Below, in pieces: positions 10,901 to 19,957 of a DNA stretch of 62,276 nt. The notes beneath the pieces were generated by a model. It ran no database searches, was not told the origin of the DNA, and saw only the letters and a program-made list of their open reading frames with translations. A program made the position numbers and the translations under genes. Each line of letters begins with the position of its first letter. Position 1 is the first letter of the stretch. Origin of the DNA: Actinomycetes bacterium (GTDB lineage Bacteria > Actinomycetota > Acidimicrobiia > IMCC26256 > PALSA-610); NCBI GenBank assembly GCA_031404355.1, contig JANNHK010000018.1, positions 1 through 62,276 on the forward strand, read 5' to 3'.

Positions 10901-13900
10901 GTGACCCAGTCGCGCGCGATCGCCGCGATCGGCGGAGCCGGCGGGCTCGAGCAGTCGGGGAGCTCGAGGTCGTCCGCGGTCACGTCGGGATCGTCGGTGA
11001 TCGTGGCGACGAAGCGGTACTTCGTGTGCGCCTCGCCCAGGTCGCGGTCGTCGCCGATGACTTGGTCGAAGGGCGCAAACTGCTCGGTCAGTGCGCCGCT
11101 GCAGTAGTGGTACGTGTTCCAGTCGTCGCCGTCCGGGCGCGTGAACACGATCGACTGTTCGAGGTCGTTGCCGACTCGGAATGCCGAGGAACCCAGCTCG
11201 CGTTCCGCGAGCGCGAGCGGGCCCATGAAGTAATTGAGCCGAGTGCAGCCGACGCCGACGTCGTTGATGCAGTCGACGGAGTCGAGCGGGTGGTACGGGT
11301 AGTCGATCGCGCTGACGTCGCCGAGGTCGAAGACTTCGATGCGATCTTCCTGCACGTCGAACTGCGTGTTTGCGAACGGCTGCTCGTCGTGCGGTGTGCC
11401 GTGCTCGTCGTGGGAGTCGACGACGTAGCCCCCGACCCATTGGTTCTCGACCGTGCGGTGCTTGATCGGTATTTGCTCGATGAAGCTGCCCGTGTTCTCG
11501 TCGCCGTCGCCGAAGACCACGTGGAGGTCCGCCGTGAACTTGCCCGAGTTCACCGTCTCGGTGAGCCGCGCGCTCGGACGGCCGCGCGGGTCGACCGCCA
11601 TGGGGGTGAGGCTGCCGGTGCGCTCGATCACGGTCGGCGCGTTCGACGTGTACTCGGCGACGTGGTCGCTGAACACGGTCCGCTCCTCGATCTTGTGCCA
11701 GTCGTCGGTGACCTGTTCCCACCTGTAGATGAGGTGCGGCTCGTGGTCGATCTCGATGATGCGCGAACCGCGGATGGTCTGCGTGACCGCACCGCCGGTG
11801 CCCTCGATCGTCACCTCGGCGAGCACCTTGACGTGCTCGACGTCGTCGCCGGCGTTCAGGGTGACGGTCGCGCGACCGCTGTCGTCGGTAGTCGCGGTCG
11901 GAGCCGAGATCGTCGCGTCGCTCGGCGTCTCGTCGGAACGCTTCACCGAGAACGTGACGGCCACGTCGTCGACCGGGTCGGCGTCGCACTTCAGGAACTG
12001 GGCGTGCACCTTGGTGCTGTCGCCGGAGCCGGCCGCGAGGTCGGAGTCGGTCGCGGTCACGGTCAACGTGGGGAAGCACAGGTCGATGCGCTGGTCCTGA
12101 CCGTGCTTCAGCGTCGTGAGCTCGAGCGTCGTGTCGACGGGCCGGCCGTCGACCGTTGCGTGTCCAATCACCTCGATCGGTTGGCCGGCGTCGACGGTCG
12201 GAACGGTCACGATCCGCGCTCCGCCGCGCCGGGTGATGGGGGCCGCCGATGCCTGCGTGCGCGTCGTGCCGTAGCGGACTTCGATGTCGACGCTGGTGGC
12301 GCCGGCGTTGAACATCGCGTCGGCGTGGATCTCGAGATCACCCGACTTCACGAGGTTCGGCAGGTCGCTCGCGCCCCATCCTTCGGAACCGGTTTCGAAC
12401 CACCGTTGGAACGCGGCCAGGTCGGTCACCGATTCGGGCGCGCCGCCGTTGCCGATCGGGATCGGCTCGGCGCGGGTCAACGTCAGGACGCCGTCGCCGT
12501 TCAGGTCGAAGCGGGACCAGTCCTCTTCGCTGCGGCACGAGTCGGAGAACACGCAGCCGTCGTAGTTGAGGTCCTTCTTCGGGTGGTCGACGACGCCGTC
12601 GAGCCCGATCGTCGATGCCGCCGGGCAGCCCTCGATCCCGCCTCGCTGCATGCACGCTTGGAGCAGTGCGTCGCGGAACCGCCGGAAGTCACGCATATCC
12701 ACGTGGCCGTCGGGTGCCGAATAGATGGGGCCGAGGGGCGACGTCGGCCCCCGCGTCGTATCGACGGTCTCAGTCCCGTTGGGGCCGCGGATGATGCGCC
12801 GGTTCCCGTCGGCCGACGAGTCGCTGAGGTCGGCGGCCTCGTACAACCCACCCATTATGAGGAGAGAGTTGTACGCGTCGATCCGCGGTGCGCTCGGCGG
12901 TATCGGCGGCAAAGGAGGCCCCGGAATCCCGATCGGGCGCGCACCGCCGATGATCGCGGCGCGGATGTCGCCAACGCTCGCGGCCGGCCGGAACGCGGCG
13001 AGGTAGCCGGCGAGTGCCGCGACGTGCGGAGCGGCCATTGACGTTCCGCTCTCGCCTTGGTAGCCGTTGCACGGCGGCCCGCCCTTGAAGCACAGCGCCT
13101 GCGGCGGGTAGGTGCTGACGATGCCCGAACCGGGCGCCGAGACGTGGCCGCCGTAGTTCGAAAAGTCCGAGCGCACGGCGCTCTTCGTGTTCGACTCGAC
13201 CATAAGGATCGGGTTCGCGCGCCCGCTCGTCCAGTTTGCGCTCGCGTACGCGAACGCGTGGAAGTTCTTCGTGTCGACCTGCGTGAGCTTGAATCCGCCC
13301 GTGCACGGCGGCGTGATCGTGACCTCGCCGTTGTCGCAGATGCTGTCACTGTCGTTGCCGGCTGAGATCGTGAGCAGCACGTTCTTTTCGGACGCGATTT
13401 CGGCGACGCGGCGGGCCATCACGCCTTCGGCGGCGACGTCCTTGAGGACGACGTCGGACGTGTTGGGCGTACACGGACCGTGGAGTGCCCCCGCGTCGTC
13501 GTTCGCCCCGGGCCCGCAGTGGTCGAACTTGTGATTGTTGCCCCATACGGCGTCGTTGGATGGCTCCGTGCGGGTCAGGACATAGCTCGCGCCGCTCATC
13601 GTGATGACGCGCGCGTTCGGGAAGTCTCCGCTCGGTTTTACTTCGGCGAGCATCTCTGCCCACGCGGGCCAGTTGGTCGACCTCGACCCCGAGCCCGCAA
13701 CCGAGTCGTCGGAGATGTTGAACTGCCCGTTGCGGTAGTTGCCGTGCCACGACACCAAAGACATGCGCGCCACCGGATTGCCGCCGCTGATGCCGAGCGT
13801 TCGGCTCTGCACCGCCGACGCATTGTCGAACGTTGCGCCGACGGTGCCCGCGACGTGCGTGCCGTGTTCGCGCCGCTCCGGGTTCTTCGGGTTGCGCGTG

Positions 13901-14895
13901 CACAAGACGACCGCCCAGCGGCAGACGTCGACGACGGTCGCGTTCAGATCGGGGTGGGCCTCGAAGCCGGAGTCGTACACGATGGTCTGCACCTGAGGGT
14001 TCTTGAGCCGTAGGTGGTCGAGGACGTTCCACGCGTTCGGGAAGTTGGCGTCCTTGAGGCCCCAGTTGCCCCCGACGCCGCGTGGCGCGCCGCCGAACCC
14101 GTCAGTGCGGATGTCGTCGGCCCACGTCCAGTCCGTGAGTACCGGCGGCACCGGGTCGGCGGGCTGGACCGCCGCGGTCGTCCCTGACATCGCGTCGAGC
14201 ATCGCGGCCTCGATCGCGGGGTGGGCGCGCAGCTGCTCGATCGCGAACGATACGGGTGCGAAGTCGCCGACCGCGGGTGACGGAACAACCTGCAGCACCG
14301 CCGCGTTCAGCGGCTCGATCGTTCCGATGACGGTCAGGTTCGTGATGGCCAGCGCGTTGTTCACCATTTCGACCGTCGCGTCGTTCTTGAAGGCGACGAT
14401 GATGCGCGACCGCGACGCCCAGATACCGACGGGGTGGTGATCCATGTCGGCGACGGGTGCGACGGCGATCTCGGGGATCTGACTGGCGATGGTCGCGTTG
14501 GACGCGCCCGGCATGTCGAGCAACCCGACCGAGAGGACGCCGATGTGGTCGGAATCGTTTGTGGATGCGAACTCCCACGATCCAGTCGTCCCGATCGCGA
14601 GACCGAACCCGCCGCCGGGCGGAATCGGGCCGGAGTCGAACAGCTCCTCGACCGACGTGACCGTCTGCACCGTGCCGGACTCGTTCGTGAACTCGACCGT
14701 CTGGCCGACCGAGAGCGTGACCGCCGGCGGCGCGTAACCGTCGGGCGTGATGACCACGTGGACCGGTTCCGGCACCGGCCGCGGTGCGGCCGCGGCGGGC
14801 TTCGCCGGTTGGGCGAGTTCGAGTCCGCTGAACGCGAGGGCGCCCACAAGCGTAATCGCCGAGATGCGCCGGGTCAGGGTCGTCCGCGTCGTCAT
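4905..14895 (-). CDS. Giant (~3,330 aa) secreted, sortase-anchored multidomain subtilisin-like (S8) protease/adhesin; needs a 1-nt frame correction at ~5473-5476
   Basis: A GGAGG lies 9 nt upstream of the ATG at 14895, followed by signal peptide 'MTTRTTLTRRISAITLVGALAFSG'. Domains read by eye: cupredoxin-like fold, I9-like propeptide, S8 triad (DSG / HGTHVAG / GTSMAAPH), PKD repeats, a CAP/SCP domain, many CarboxypepD_reg-like repeats and DUF11. The Thr/Ser linker and LPRTG signal are in the frame of ORF 4905-5333. Confidence 0.85.
4908..5015 (-). other. Cell-wall sorting signal (LPRTG, hydrophobic segment, basic tail)
   Basis: 'LPRTGSDARAQLLVGLLLLAVGIILVRARKTRRAGR*'. LPRTG is encoded at 5001-5015. 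Confidence 0.75.
5016..5470 (-). repeat. Thr/Ser/Pro-rich low-complexity stalk built from degenerate nucleotide repeats
   Basis: 'TPNGTTSTSTSTTTSTSTTT...TTVPPTTTSTSTSTSTTTVPKTTTST...' with reiterated units of about 45 nt (e.g. cgtcgacgtggtggtgct twice at ~5389-5424). Confidence 0.7.
9934..10326 (-). other. CAP/SCP (cysteine-rich secretory protein-like) domain inside the giant protein
   Basis: '...LVSQYRVANGRHRVYPSPTLSDAALEHARWLRDNDAFEHIGEDGSTPSERA...GENLARG...IGIARIGTSHGTLWVVMYG'. Confidence 0.7.
12975..13995 (-). other. Peptidase S8 catalytic domain of the giant protein
   Basis: Asp in 'VYDSGFEAHPDL' (~13972-13974), His in 'HGTHVAGTVGA' (~13864-13866), Ser in 'GTSMAAPHVAALAG' (~13039-13041). 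Confidence 0.85.
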
Positions 14896-14952
14896 GCGGG
14901 CAGCCTCCGCCCGGCGCGTTAACCCGCCCGTAACGCCTCGGAAGCCCCGCTG

Positions 14953-16047
14953 TCAGCGGAGGGCAGCCCCCAACGCCCGCACGACGGCGGCCTGCTGGGC
15001 GTCGGTCAGGTCGGGATACATGGGCAGCGACAGGAGCCCGGCGTACGCCTTCTCCGCCTCGGGGTGGTCGCCGGGGCGGCAGCCGAGGCGGGCGTAGACC
15101 GGGTGCACGTGGATGGGTACGTAGTGCACCTGCACGCCGATACCCGCCTCGCGCATGGCGTCGTAGACGTCACGACGGCCGACTCCACCTTCTGTGGGAA
15201 CCCGGATCGGGAACAGGTGGTACGCGTGGCGGGTGCCGACCGGTGCTTCGGGCGGGAGTTCGACGGGCAGCGGCGCGAGCAGCTCGCGGTAGCGATCGGC
15301 GATTTCGTTCCGGCGGGTGACAAAGCGTTCGAGCTTCGTGAGTTGCGACGTGCCGAGCGCGCATTGCAAGTCGGTGAGCCGGTAGTTGTAGCCGAGCTCT
15401 TCGATCTCGTAGTACCAGCCACCCTGCTCGGGGTGCGGCACCGCACCGTGGGAACGGAACTGCCGCAGGCGCGCTGCGAGCTCGTCGGAGTTGGTCGTCA
15501 CCGCGCCACCCTCACCCGAGGTGATCGCCTTCACCGGATGAAACGACAACGTGCACATGTCGGAGTGCGCGCAGTTCCCGACCGGGCCGTCGGGCGTGGA
15601 CGCGCCGAGCGCGTGCGCGGCGTCCTCGACGACAACACGCGGCCGGCGGGGCAGCGCGGCGAGGTCAACGGGCAGTCCGGCGTAGTGCACCGCGACGAGC
15701 GCGTCGCACTCGCGCACCGCGCCCGGGTCGAGGTTGAGTGTCTTCGGGTCGATGTCGACGAACCCGGGTGTCGCTCCGACGTACAGCGCACAGTTCGCGC
15801 TGGCCGAGAACGACAACGGCGACGTGAGCACGCGGTCGCCGATACCGATGCCCGCGGCCCACAACGCCGCGTGCAACGCGGCCGTGCCGTTCGCGAAGAC
15901 GACTGCGTGACGGGCGTCCGTTGCGCCGCGCAGTGCGTCCTCGAACCGTTCGACCGCGGGCCCCGTCGTCAGCCAGTCGCTGCGCAACGTGTCGACGACC
16001 GCCTGGATGTCGTCCTCGTCGATCGATTGCCGCCCGTACGGGATCAC
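14953..16047 (-). CDS. pseC: DegT/DnrJ/EryC1-family PLP aminotransferase (UDP-4-amino-4,6-dideoxy-sugar transaminase, PseC-like)
   Basis: 'MIPYGRQSIDEDDIQAVVDTLRSDWLTTGP', 'SFHPVKAITSGEGG' (PLP lysine). It is adjacent to pseB. Confidence 0.85.
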   Translation of the reverse strand: MIPYGRQSIDEDDIQAVVDTLRSDWLTTGPAVERFEDALRGATDARHAVVFANGTAALHAALWAAGIGIGDRVLTSPLSFSASANCALYVGATPGFVDIDPKTLNLDPGAVRECDALVAVHYAGLPVDLAALPRRPRVVVEDAAHALGASTPDGPVGNCAHSDMCTLSFHPVKAITSGEGGAVTTNSDELAARLRQFRSHGAVPHPEQGGWYYEIEELGYNYRLTDLQCALGTSQLTKLERFVTRRNEIADRYRELLAPLPVELPPEAPVGTRHAYHLFPIRVPTEGGVGRRDVYDAMREAGIGVQVHYVPIHVHPVYARLGCRPGDHPEAEKAYAGLLSLPMYPDLTDAQQAAVVRALGAALR

Positions 16048-16062
16048 GCGATTCTCATGCGG

Positions 16063-17118
16063 CTACGAGCTCCGGCCCTCGATCACGATGCGACCTTGAC
16101 GGGACCGTCCGGGCCTCCGCTCTGCGCCTGGCCCGGTTGCAATTCGCCGAGCATGGCTCGGAGTTCGGGGGACGGTGAGCCACCAGTCGTTCGTGTCGCT
16201 TGCGTACACGAAGCCGTCTGGCATCTGCGTTCCGAGCTGGCCCGGGCCCTTGGCGTCCCACCACGGGTGTTCGGGGAGCACCACGTAGGTGTCGCCCGCG
16301 TCGATCGTGTGGCGCGACTCGTCGCCCGTGATCATCAACTCGTGCAGCTTCTCACCGGGACGGATGCCGACGATCTCGCGGGGCACGCCCGGCGCGATCG
16401 CCTCGGCCAGGTCGGTGACCCGCATCGACGGGATCTTCGGGATGAAGATCTCGCCGCCCTCCATGTGGTCCAGCGCGTGCAACACCAGGTCGACCGCTTG
16501 CGGCAGCATGATCCAGAACCGCGTCATGCGCTCGTCGGTGATGGTGATGCGACCCTCGGTCGCCATCTGCCGGCAGAACAGCGGCACGACCGAACCGCGG
16601 GAACCGACGACGTTGCCGTAGCGAACACACGCGAGGCGGGTGTCGCGCTGGGCCGCGTACGCGTTGCCCTGCACAATGATTTTCTCCTGGCACAGCTTCG
16701 TCGCTCCGTACAGGTTGACGGGGTTCACGGCCTTGTCGGTCGAGAGCGCGATGACGCGCGGCACCCGAGCGTCGATGGCCGAGTCGACGACGTGCTGGGC
16801 GCCGAGCACGTTTGTGCGCACTGCCTCGAACGGGTTGTACTCGCACGCGGGGACCTGCTTCATGGCGGCCGCGTGGATGAGGATGTCGGCGCCCTCGGCG
16901 GCGCGCGACATTCGGGCGCGGTCGCGTACGTCGCCGATCAGGTAGCGCACCTGGTCTTCGCCGAAGCGGGTGCGGAGTTCGGATTGCTTGAGCTCGTCGC
17001 GGGAGTACACGCGCACGACGGCGTCGGGCCAGGTCGTGGTCACCCGTTCGATGAATGCGTTGCCGAACGAGCCCGTGCCGCCGGTGAGCAGGATCGTTGA
17101 GCCGTTGAGGTCCGTCAC
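16063..17118 (-). CDS. pseB: UDP-N-acetylglucosamine 4,6-dehydratase (inverting), PseB/FlaA1/CapD-like
   Basis: 'ILLTGGTGSFGNAF', 'STDKAVNPVNLYGATK' (SDR YxxxK), 'RYGNVVGSRGSV'. Confidence 0.85.
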   Translation of the reverse strand: MTDLNGSTILLTGGTGSFGNAFIERVTTTWPDAVVRVYSRDELKQSELRTRFGEDQVRYLIGDVRDRARMSRAAEGADILIHAAAMKQVPACEYNPFEAVRTNVLGAQHVVDSAIDARVPRVIALSTDKAVNPVNLYGATKLCQEKIIVQGNAYAAQRDTRLACVRYGNVVGSRGSVVPLFCRQMATEGRITITDERMTRFWIMLPQAVDLVLHALDHMEGGEIFIPKIPSMRVTDLAEAIAPGVPREIVGIRPGEKLHELMITGDESRHTIDAGDTYVVLPEHPWWDAKGPGQLGTQMPDGFVYASDTNDWWLTVPRTPSHARRIATGPGAERRPGRSRQGRIVIEGRSS

Positions 17119-17124
17119 GAGGAC

Positions 17125-17151
17125 TCATCGGCATCGGGGCCGGGGCGTTGA
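17125..17151 (-). promoter_or_regulatory. Candidate sigma-28/WhiG-type promoter for pseB-pseC (and possibly the giant gene); would give a near-leaderless mRNA
   Basis: Minus strand reads TCAA-N15-GCCGATGA (consensus TAAA-N15-GCCGATAA). The -10 box ends 6 nt before the GTG at 17118. Confidence 0.35.
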
Positions 17152-17184
17152 GCGCCCCCCGCCCGAATACCGCGGCCGATGACC

Positions 17185-17211
17185 GAAATATCGGCGGGAA
17201 ACGGCCGATGA
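17185..17211 (+). promoter_or_regulatory. Candidate sigma-28/WhiG-type promoter for the Pse-associated methylase gene
   Basis: GAAA-N15-GCCGATGA (3/4 and 7/8 to TAAA-N15-GCCGATAA), 45 nt upstream of the ATG at 17256. Confidence 0.45.
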
Positions 17212-17255
17212 GAACAGGGTTCGAACCTGGCTGCGACGACGAACAGAGGTGCGAC

Positions 17256-17867
17256 ATGACCACCGAGACCGAGCGCCTGGAGGGGCTGTGGTCGGGCGAG
17301 TTCGGCGACGAGTACGTCGACCGGAACCTCGGCTCCTACGAGGTCCGCGCCCCGTTCTGGCGGGCGCTGACCGACGAGTTGGCCCCGGCCGGCGTGCTCG
17401 AGGTGGGTTGCAACGTCGGTGGCAACCTCCAGTGGATGGCGGGGGCCGTCCCGCCCGAGCAGACGTTCGGCGTCGACGTGAATCGCAAGGCGCTGGAGTT
17501 GATGGAGGCCCGGATTCCGGGCGTGCAGGCGGTGCTGGGTTCGGCCCGGACGCTTCCGTTCGACGATGCCTCGATCGACCTCGTCTTCACGATGGGTGTG
17601 CTCATCCACCAGCCGGAGGAGTCGCTCCCGGCTGTGATGGACGAGATGGTTCGGGTGAGTCGTCGCTATCTGTTGTGCGGCGAGTACTTCGACACGAGCA
17701 CCGTCGAGGTGGCGTATCGCGGCCACGAGGGTGCGCTCTTCCGACGCGACTACGGCGCGCTGTTCGAGTCGCGTTTCCCGGATGAGCTCGAGTTCGTGCG
17801 GAAGGGCTTTCTCGGTCGCGATGCCGGTTGGGACGACATCACGTGGTGGCTGTTCCGGCGGCGTTGA
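17256..17867 (+). CDS. Pseudaminic acid biosynthesis-associated SAM-dependent methylase
   Basis: The start was moved to the ATG at 17256 (AGAGG 8 nt upstream). 'VLEVGCNVGGNL' is methyltransferase motif I. 'DLVFTMGVLIHQ' and the tail 'ITWWLFRR' are typical of this family. Confidence 0.8.
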   Translation: MTTETERLEGLWSGEFGDEYVDRNLGSYEVRAPFWRALTDELAPAGVLEVGCNVGGNLQWMAGAVPPEQTFGVDVNRKALELMEARIPGVQAVLGSARTLPFDDASIDLVFTMGVLIHQPEESLPAVMDEMVRVSRRYLLCGEYFDTSTVEVAYRGHEGALFRRDYGALFESRFPDELEFVRKGFLGRDAGWDDITWWLFRRR

Positions 17868-19578
17868 CCACCGCCCGAACTCTCGCGGCCGCGGTCTCGA
17901 TCACCGCATCCCATTCCATGTCGAGATGCCGGTAGACGAGTTCGACCGTAGGGAACCACGGCGACGTATCGGTCCCGAGGTCCGACCAGTCCCAACGGTT
18001 ACCCATCATCGCGGTCGGCCGGCCCAGCGCGCCCGCGAGCATCGCGACGGCGTTGCGGGGCGCGACCACGAAGTCGAGGCATTCCATGAGTGCTGCGACA
18101 CCGTCGAAGTCGTCCTTCAGGTTGAGGTCGTCCCAACGGTGCACCGTGATGCCGAAACGTCGCTCCGCGGTGAGGAGTTCGCGTTCGCAGTCGTCGTACT
18201 GGAGGTTGACCCAGGTGACGCCGGGAATCTCGAACAGCGGCCCCCATTCCGGCAACGTCGTGTACTCGAGCCGGCGTTCCGCGGTCTGCACGCCGCTCCG
18301 CCACGAGACACCGACGTACGGCGGCGGCCCGATCGCGGCCAACGTCGATCGCCAGTGCTCGATGCGTTCGGGATCGGCGGTGAGGTACGACCGCCGGTCG
18401 GGGAAGTGGGCGACCGTGGGGCGTACCAAGAGCGGCAGGCTCCCGGACGGAATGTCGCGGTCGTACTCGATGTCGACGACCAACTCCTGACCGAGTGGGT
18501 TCGTGGTCAGCTCGCGGACCTGCGCCCGTGGAAACGATCGTGTGAACAGCGGGACGAGTCGTGTGTTGCACTCGATGATGACGTTCGGCGTCGCCGCGAT
18601 GAGATCGGGGTAGCACGACGCGAACAGGATCTCGTCGCCGATTCCCTGTTCGCGGTACACCATGACCGTCGTCCCGGGATCCTCGGGCGTCCACCGGGCC
18701 GCGCCCGTCACCCGCTCGACCCCTCGGGGCCCTCCCTTGTTCGCGTACTCCCAGTCGTCCCAGCCGCCGGTCAGATCGCCGGCGGTGAGCCGCACGTACC
18801 CGCGGTTGGCCTTGATGACGTCGACGTCTTCGCCGCCGAGTTCGATCGCCTGGTCCAGACGTGCGAGTGCTTCGTCGAAGCGGCCGCACCCGGCGAGCGC
18901 GATCGCGAGGTTGCCGTGTGAGTGGGGAGTATCACCTGCGATCTCGTAGGCGCGTTCGAGCGCATCGACCGCCGCCGGCATCTCACCGAGGTACCGGTAG
19001 TTGTTGCCGATGACGGTCCATACCTCGTAGTCGTTGTCCCATCCGAGTTCGGTGCAGCGGCGCAGGCTTGCCTCGGCGCTGCGCAGGCGCCCGAGCTTGT
19101 GGAGGACTTCACCGAGGACGCCGTGGTTCGGGCCGTAGGTCGGTTCGAGCACCGTTGCGCGGCGCAGTGCCGCGACGGCTTCGTTGAGGCGGCTGCGCAG
19201 CTTGTACACCTGGCCGAGGTTGTGCCACGGCTGCCAGTCGTCGGGCGCGATGGCGATCAGCGCCTTCAGGATTTCCTCGGCCTCGTTGTATTCGGCGGCG
19301 CGGCGCAGCGCGTTGGCGAGGTTGTTGTAGAAGCCGAGGGTCTTCTCGCCGGGAGGGCCGACGCGCGGCTCGGCCGCGCGCAGCAGTTCGACCGCCTCTT
19401 CGTGGTCGCCTCGATCCGAGCAGATCATGGCGAGGAGCTGGGCGGCGCGCGGTTCGCCCGGATCCGAGGCGAGGACGCGTCGGAGCAGCTTTTCGGCCCG
19501 GGTCGCGTCGCCGTGCTGCTGGTGCTTTTGGGCGCGGACCAGGAGCTGATCGACGTCGGCGGGCAAAGTTCGCGGCAT
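17839..19578 (-). CDS. TPR-repeat protein fused to a GT9-like (heptosyltransferase-fold) glycosyltransferase domain; candidate flagellin glycosyltransferase
   Basis: The N-terminal ~260 aa are TPR repeats. The C-terminal half has 'VYREQGIGDEILFASCYPDL' and 'DFDGVAALMECLDFVVAPRNAVAMLAGALGRP', which are GT9-like motifs. Confidence 0.7.
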   Translation of the reverse strand: MPRTLPADVDQLLVRAQKHQQHGDATRAEKLLRRVLASDPGEPRAAQLLAMICSDRGDHEEAVELLRAAEPRVGPPGEKTLGFYNNLANALRRAAEYNEAEEILKALIAIAPDDWQPWHNLGQVYKLRSRLNEAVAALRRATVLEPTYGPNHGVLGEVLHKLGRLRSAEASLRRCTELGWDNDYEVWTVIGNNYRYLGEMPAAVDALERAYEIAGDTPHSHGNLAIALAGCGRFDEALARLDQAIELGGEDVDVIKANRGYVRLTAGDLTGGWDDWEYANKGGPRGVERVTGAARWTPEDPGTTVMVYREQGIGDEILFASCYPDLIAATPNVIIECNTRLVPLFTRSFPRAQVRELTTNPLGQELVVDIEYDRDIPSGSLPLLVRPTVAHFPDRRSYLTADPERIEHWRSTLAAIGPPPYVGVSWRSGVQTAERRLEYTTLPEWGPLFEIPGVTWVNLQYDDCERELLTAERRFGITVHRWDDLNLKDDFDGVAALMECLDFVVAPRNAVAMLAGALGRPTAMMGNRWDWSDLGTDTSPWFPTVELVYRHLDMEWDAVIETAAARVRAVVNAAGTATT

Positions 19579-19654
19579 GGCTGTTCAATCGGCCGGAATG
19601 ACGATCCCGTAAGGCCCCGGAGGCGCGCTCAGGCGCCAGACTCAGGCGCCAGAC

Positions 19655-19957
19655 TCAGGCAAGAGTTTCGAACCGGGCCTTGCCGCGGGGTGTGGTGTCC
19701 GGGCGGCGGGGGCGGCCGGCTAGATCCGCCCGAATCCGGTCGCGTTCGGCCGTCAACCGCCGGTCGATCTCCGCGGCGCGGTCGAGGAGTGCGTGCGCGC
19801 GTCCCCGCTGCGGTTCGGGAACGGGGCCGGCGAGTGCCGGTGGTTCGAAACCGGCGGGGACCGATGCGTCGGTACCGAGTTCCAGCACGGCTTCGCAGAG
19901 TTCGAGGCGCGCCTCGAACTCGTCGAGGGCGGCGACCCAGCTCTCGGAAGCGGTCAT
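19655..19957 (-). CDS. Hypothetical 100-aa protein translationally coupled to fliS
   Basis: The ATGA overlap at 19954-19957 links it to the fliS stop. The product 'MTASESWVAALDEFEARLELCEAVLEL...' looks helical. I recognised no family. Confidence 0.5.
   Translation of the reverse strand: MTASESWVAALDEFEARLELCEAVLELGTDASVPAGFEPPALAGPVPEPQRGRAHALLDRAAEIDRRLTAERDRIRADLAGRPRRPDTTPRGKARFETLA

Noticed and set aside
7981-13041. 1,686-aa plus-strand ORF, and similar long ORFs at 5053-7158, 10340-12079 and 15064-17100.
   Set aside because: These are shadow ORFs antisense to, or out of frame with, strongly supported genes. The products are Arg/Gly/Asp/Val-rich with no motifs, as expected in very GC-rich DNA.
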